From Promethearchaeota archaeon (GTDB lineage: Archaea > Asgardarchaeota > Lokiarchaeia > Sigyniarchaeales > SOKP01): a stretch of DNA of 64,000 bases. A program made the translations under genes and the position numbers. The stretch is taken from the NCBI GenBank assembly GCA_016839705.1, contig JAEOTR010000025.1:18416-82415 (forward strand). The letters run 5' to 3'. Below are positions 61,507-64,000 of the stretch, one piece after another. The notes beneath the pieces were generated by a model. The model searched no databases. It was not told the origin of the DNA and worked only from the letters and a program-made list of their open reading frames with translations. How positions within the stretch are numbered: the stretch's first letter is position 1; each line of letters opens with the position of its first letter.

Positions 61507-62796
61507 TTAAGAACGCTCCTCTGCTTTTTTAATTAATTCAACTACTCTTGTCATATGTGTATATCTATCATACACTTCAATAGGAATCCCCGTTTCTTCA
61601 CCGACTTGTTTCATTAATTCTAATCCTTGTTTTTCATTAGGTCCACCCCTACGCACAAAAATTTTCACATTAGCTTTTTTTAATTTATCAACAGAATTTT
61701 TTATAGCACTTACAATTCCAGTAAAAGTTGCTTTAACATCTGTGAAATTCGCGATTCCTCCTCCAATTATAAGATATTTTGGTTTTCCTTTTGGATCTGG
61801 TTCTGCAGTTATTAAATCTAGAATTGTTTGGGCATAAATTTCAGTGTGCTCTCTTGAAGGATTTCCACTATATTCACCATAGTTTCCTAATTCGTTTCCA
61901 AATCCGAGATCAACTACAGTATCAGTATAAATTACAGAAGCACCACCACCAGCTACCATAGTCCATACACGACCTTCTCTATTCAAAATCGTAAATTTAA
62001 GAGAAGCTCCTGTTTTTTCATCTAGCTCGTGAATCATTTCCTCTTCTTCTGACATTTTTTGTCCAAAGCCTGCAGGAAATTCTATAGGATTTAAAGGATT
62101 ACCCCAAGTATTTGAATGCAAAAACAAAGCAGTATCATCTAATCGAGCTTTCACGTCCAAAGGAACAATTTCTTTAGCTTCAGTGATCGCGAAAGGATTA
62201 ATTTCAAGAAACGCAAAATCTTGATCAACGTAAACTTGAAAAAGTGCTTTGATAAAAGGAAGAAGAACATCTTGTAAATCTCCGAGATCAGGCATTTTAC
62301 TCTTTAAATCAAAAGAATTTATATCAGTTCCGAGCGGAATGGGTATATGAATTACCTTATCCCAAAGATTTTCGACAAAGATTCCCCCCTCAAAACTAAA
62401 ATGAATTATATCATTTTCCCGATCAGAAGTTATCGACACATAATATTCCTTTTCATGAGGAATAAAAGGTTCAACAAGAAGGCGTTTTAATTCGCCTTTT
62501 ATATCACCAATTTCGCAGACTCGATCCAAATTATCAACACAAAATTGTTTCATTTCGTCACAATTCGCATTGAGTAATAATAAATTAGCCTTACCTCGTT
62601 TACCAAATAATTGATCAGGCTTAACCACAACCTTTTCTGAATCAATCCAGGGATTATCTTTAATTAATTGTTCCAAATCGGTATCACATTCAACCACAAC
62701 TAATTTATTATGATATTTAAAATCTTGATAATACTTTGGTATTTCAGCTGCTAAGAGTTTTTTAGCATCATATTCATAAATATTTTTTTGCGCCAC
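61507..62796 (-). CDS. aclB: ATP citrate lyase beta subunit
   Basis: VVKPDQLFGKRGK, WTMVAGGGAS, NYGEYSGNP, GGGIANFT, VRRGGPN. Confidence 0.95.
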   Translation of the reverse strand: MAQKNIYEYDAKKLLAAEIPKYYQDFKYHNKLVVVECDTDLEQLIKDNPWIDSEKVVVKPDQLFGKRGKANLLLLNANCDEMKQFCVDNLDRVCEIGDIKGELKRLLVEPFIPHEKEYYVSITSDRENDIIHFSFEGGIFVENLWDKVIHIPIPLGTDINSFDLKSKMPDLGDLQDVLLPFIKALFQVYVDQDFAFLEINPFAITEAKEIVPLDVKARLDDTALFLHSNTWGNPLNPIEFPAGFGQKMSEEEEMIHELDEKTGASLKFTILNREGRVWTMVAGGGASVIYTDTVVDLGFGNELGNYGEYSGNPSREHTEIYAQTILDLITAEPDPKGKPKYLIIGGGIANFTDVKATFTGIVSAIKNSVDKLKKANVKIFVRRGGPNEKQGLELMKQVGEETGIPIEVYDRYTHMTRVVELIKKAEERS

Positions 62797-63074
62797 AGCT
62801 CATTTTCTCATTCTGTAAATTTGAAATTTTGATTAAATCAATAAGATGTTTAGAATTCATTTTTATATAAATTTTTCTTGCGTAATTATTATAGGATCTT
62901 TCTCCCTCAATTTACCAATATCATTAATTTATAGATTGGTAAAATTCCAAAAAATGCTTAGATTTTTTTAAAATCGTCAGAATCGTTTTTTATATTGAAT
63001 AAGCAATTAATTTAAAAGAACACGATTACAATACGATCTTAAAAATTCATATTCACTCAGATGGAGGGATTTTC

Positions 63075-63632
63075 ATTTCCGATTATGGTTTGATAATTAT
63101 AGGTGCCGGAACCTCAGGCTTTCCTTCTGCTAAAATTGCTGCAAATTATGGTAAAAAAGTTTTACTATTAAGAGAAGGAGCATTAGGAGGGAAATACTTG
63201 GAGAAAGGGTGCATTCCCAGTAAAGCTATGGTATATGCGACTAATCTCTATAAATCAGCATTGAAAGCAAAAGATTTTGGTATTCTTATAGATAATATTA
63301 CTCTTGATTTTAATGAAGTGCTTAAATATGCTGATACCTTGGTTCATGAGGGAATACAAGGTAATGAAAAGCAAATTGCTCTATATAAAAATGTTGATTA
63401 TATAAAGAAGAACGGACACTGTCTTAATGAAAACTCCATTGAGGTTGGAAATGTAGTATATACTGGTTCCAATATGTTAGTATCAACTGGAACTTTTCCT
63501 CGAATCCCGCCCATTGAAGGGATTAATACAATATGGCAAACTCTTGAGAAATTTTATAAAACAAGTCAAGTCGCGGAATTAAAGGATCTGCCTCAAATTG
63601 AAAATCTAATTAGAGAGATATTTAATTCTTGA
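63075..63632 (+). pseudogene. Truncated dihydrolipoamide dehydrogenase/mercuric reductase-family fragment
   Basis: IIIGAG and GGKYLEKGCIPSK (first redox Cys replaced by Tyr); stops at ~185 aa before the NAD-binding domain; GGAGG is followed by ATT rather than ATG. Confidence 0.7.
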
Positions 63633-63739
63633 TTAGAATCTCATTATTTATCCTTTTTCAAAAATCAATGAAATGAATATTATAATCTCAATTAACATAA
63701 GAAAAAGAAGAGATTATATCCATTTCAAGTAGATAAATC

Positions 63740-63961
63740 CTATTCTTTTAGATTGTTCTCCATCAACTTTAATAATTTTTTAAGATCTTTTCCTATTTCT
63801 AACGCATATGTAGATAAATCTTGAAGAATTTCCTTGTCATTTTCATCCTTTTCAAGTTGAAAAATAGCGTTTTGAAGTTGTTGAAGTGCAATTATATAGT
63901 TCCAAATGCTCTGCTCAGATTTATTCTTAAAACTTTCAATCATCTTATTTGATAAGGTCAT
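63740..63961 (-). CDS. Small helical hypothetical protein
   Basis: 73-aa ORF with amphipathic helical pattern. Confidence 0.5.
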   Translation of the reverse strand: MTLSNKMIESFKNKSEQSIWNYIIALQQLQNAIFQLEKDENDKEILQDLSTYALEIGKDLKKLLKLMENNLKE

Positions 63962-64000
63962 AAATCATCAACTTTTGCTTTTATTAAATAATAATTAATA

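Noticed and set aside
1-64000. CRISPR arrays, tRNA/rRNA genes, IS elements, prophage
   Set aside because: No spaced repeats, structural-RNA-like GC-rich blocks, transposases or integrases recognised by eye; a covariance-model scan was not possible

Overview
AT-rich (roughly 30% GC by eye), gene-dense archaeal chromosomal window, most likely Asgard (Lokiarchaeia-like). This assignment is inferred from tandem Rab-like GTPases, a DRG GTPase, a Loki-style TPR fragment, a URO-D-like protein and an HTH_10 remnant. No rRNA, tRNA, CRISPR array or transposase was recognised. The core is a ~24 kb basic-amino-acid catabolism region (18647-42758) with two parts. (i) A lysine fermentation cluster (kat, family III CoA-transferase, kce, kdd, kamA, kamB, kamD, kamE) using the aminotransferase (Kat) variant rather than Kal. 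(ii) Arginine/ornithine/proline genes with no arginine deiminase in the window: an ArcE-type arginine synthetase homologue, a protist-like OTC, carbamate kinase and ornithine aminotransferase, plus a co-oriented aldehyde:ferredoxin oxidoreductase and a proline-dehydrogenase-like alpha/beta pair. Other content: an HdrD-like protein with a complete GltD/NfnB module inserted (cut by the left edge), a RapA-like SNF2 ATPase, a 55-aa 10-Cys microprotein missed by the ORF track, a GC-rich hydrolase fused to a host-like tail, a very large FtsX-type ABC permease with two ATPases, an aclB-aclA-icd cluster and several gene remnants. Family calls rest on motif recognition and recalled sequences, not on database searches.
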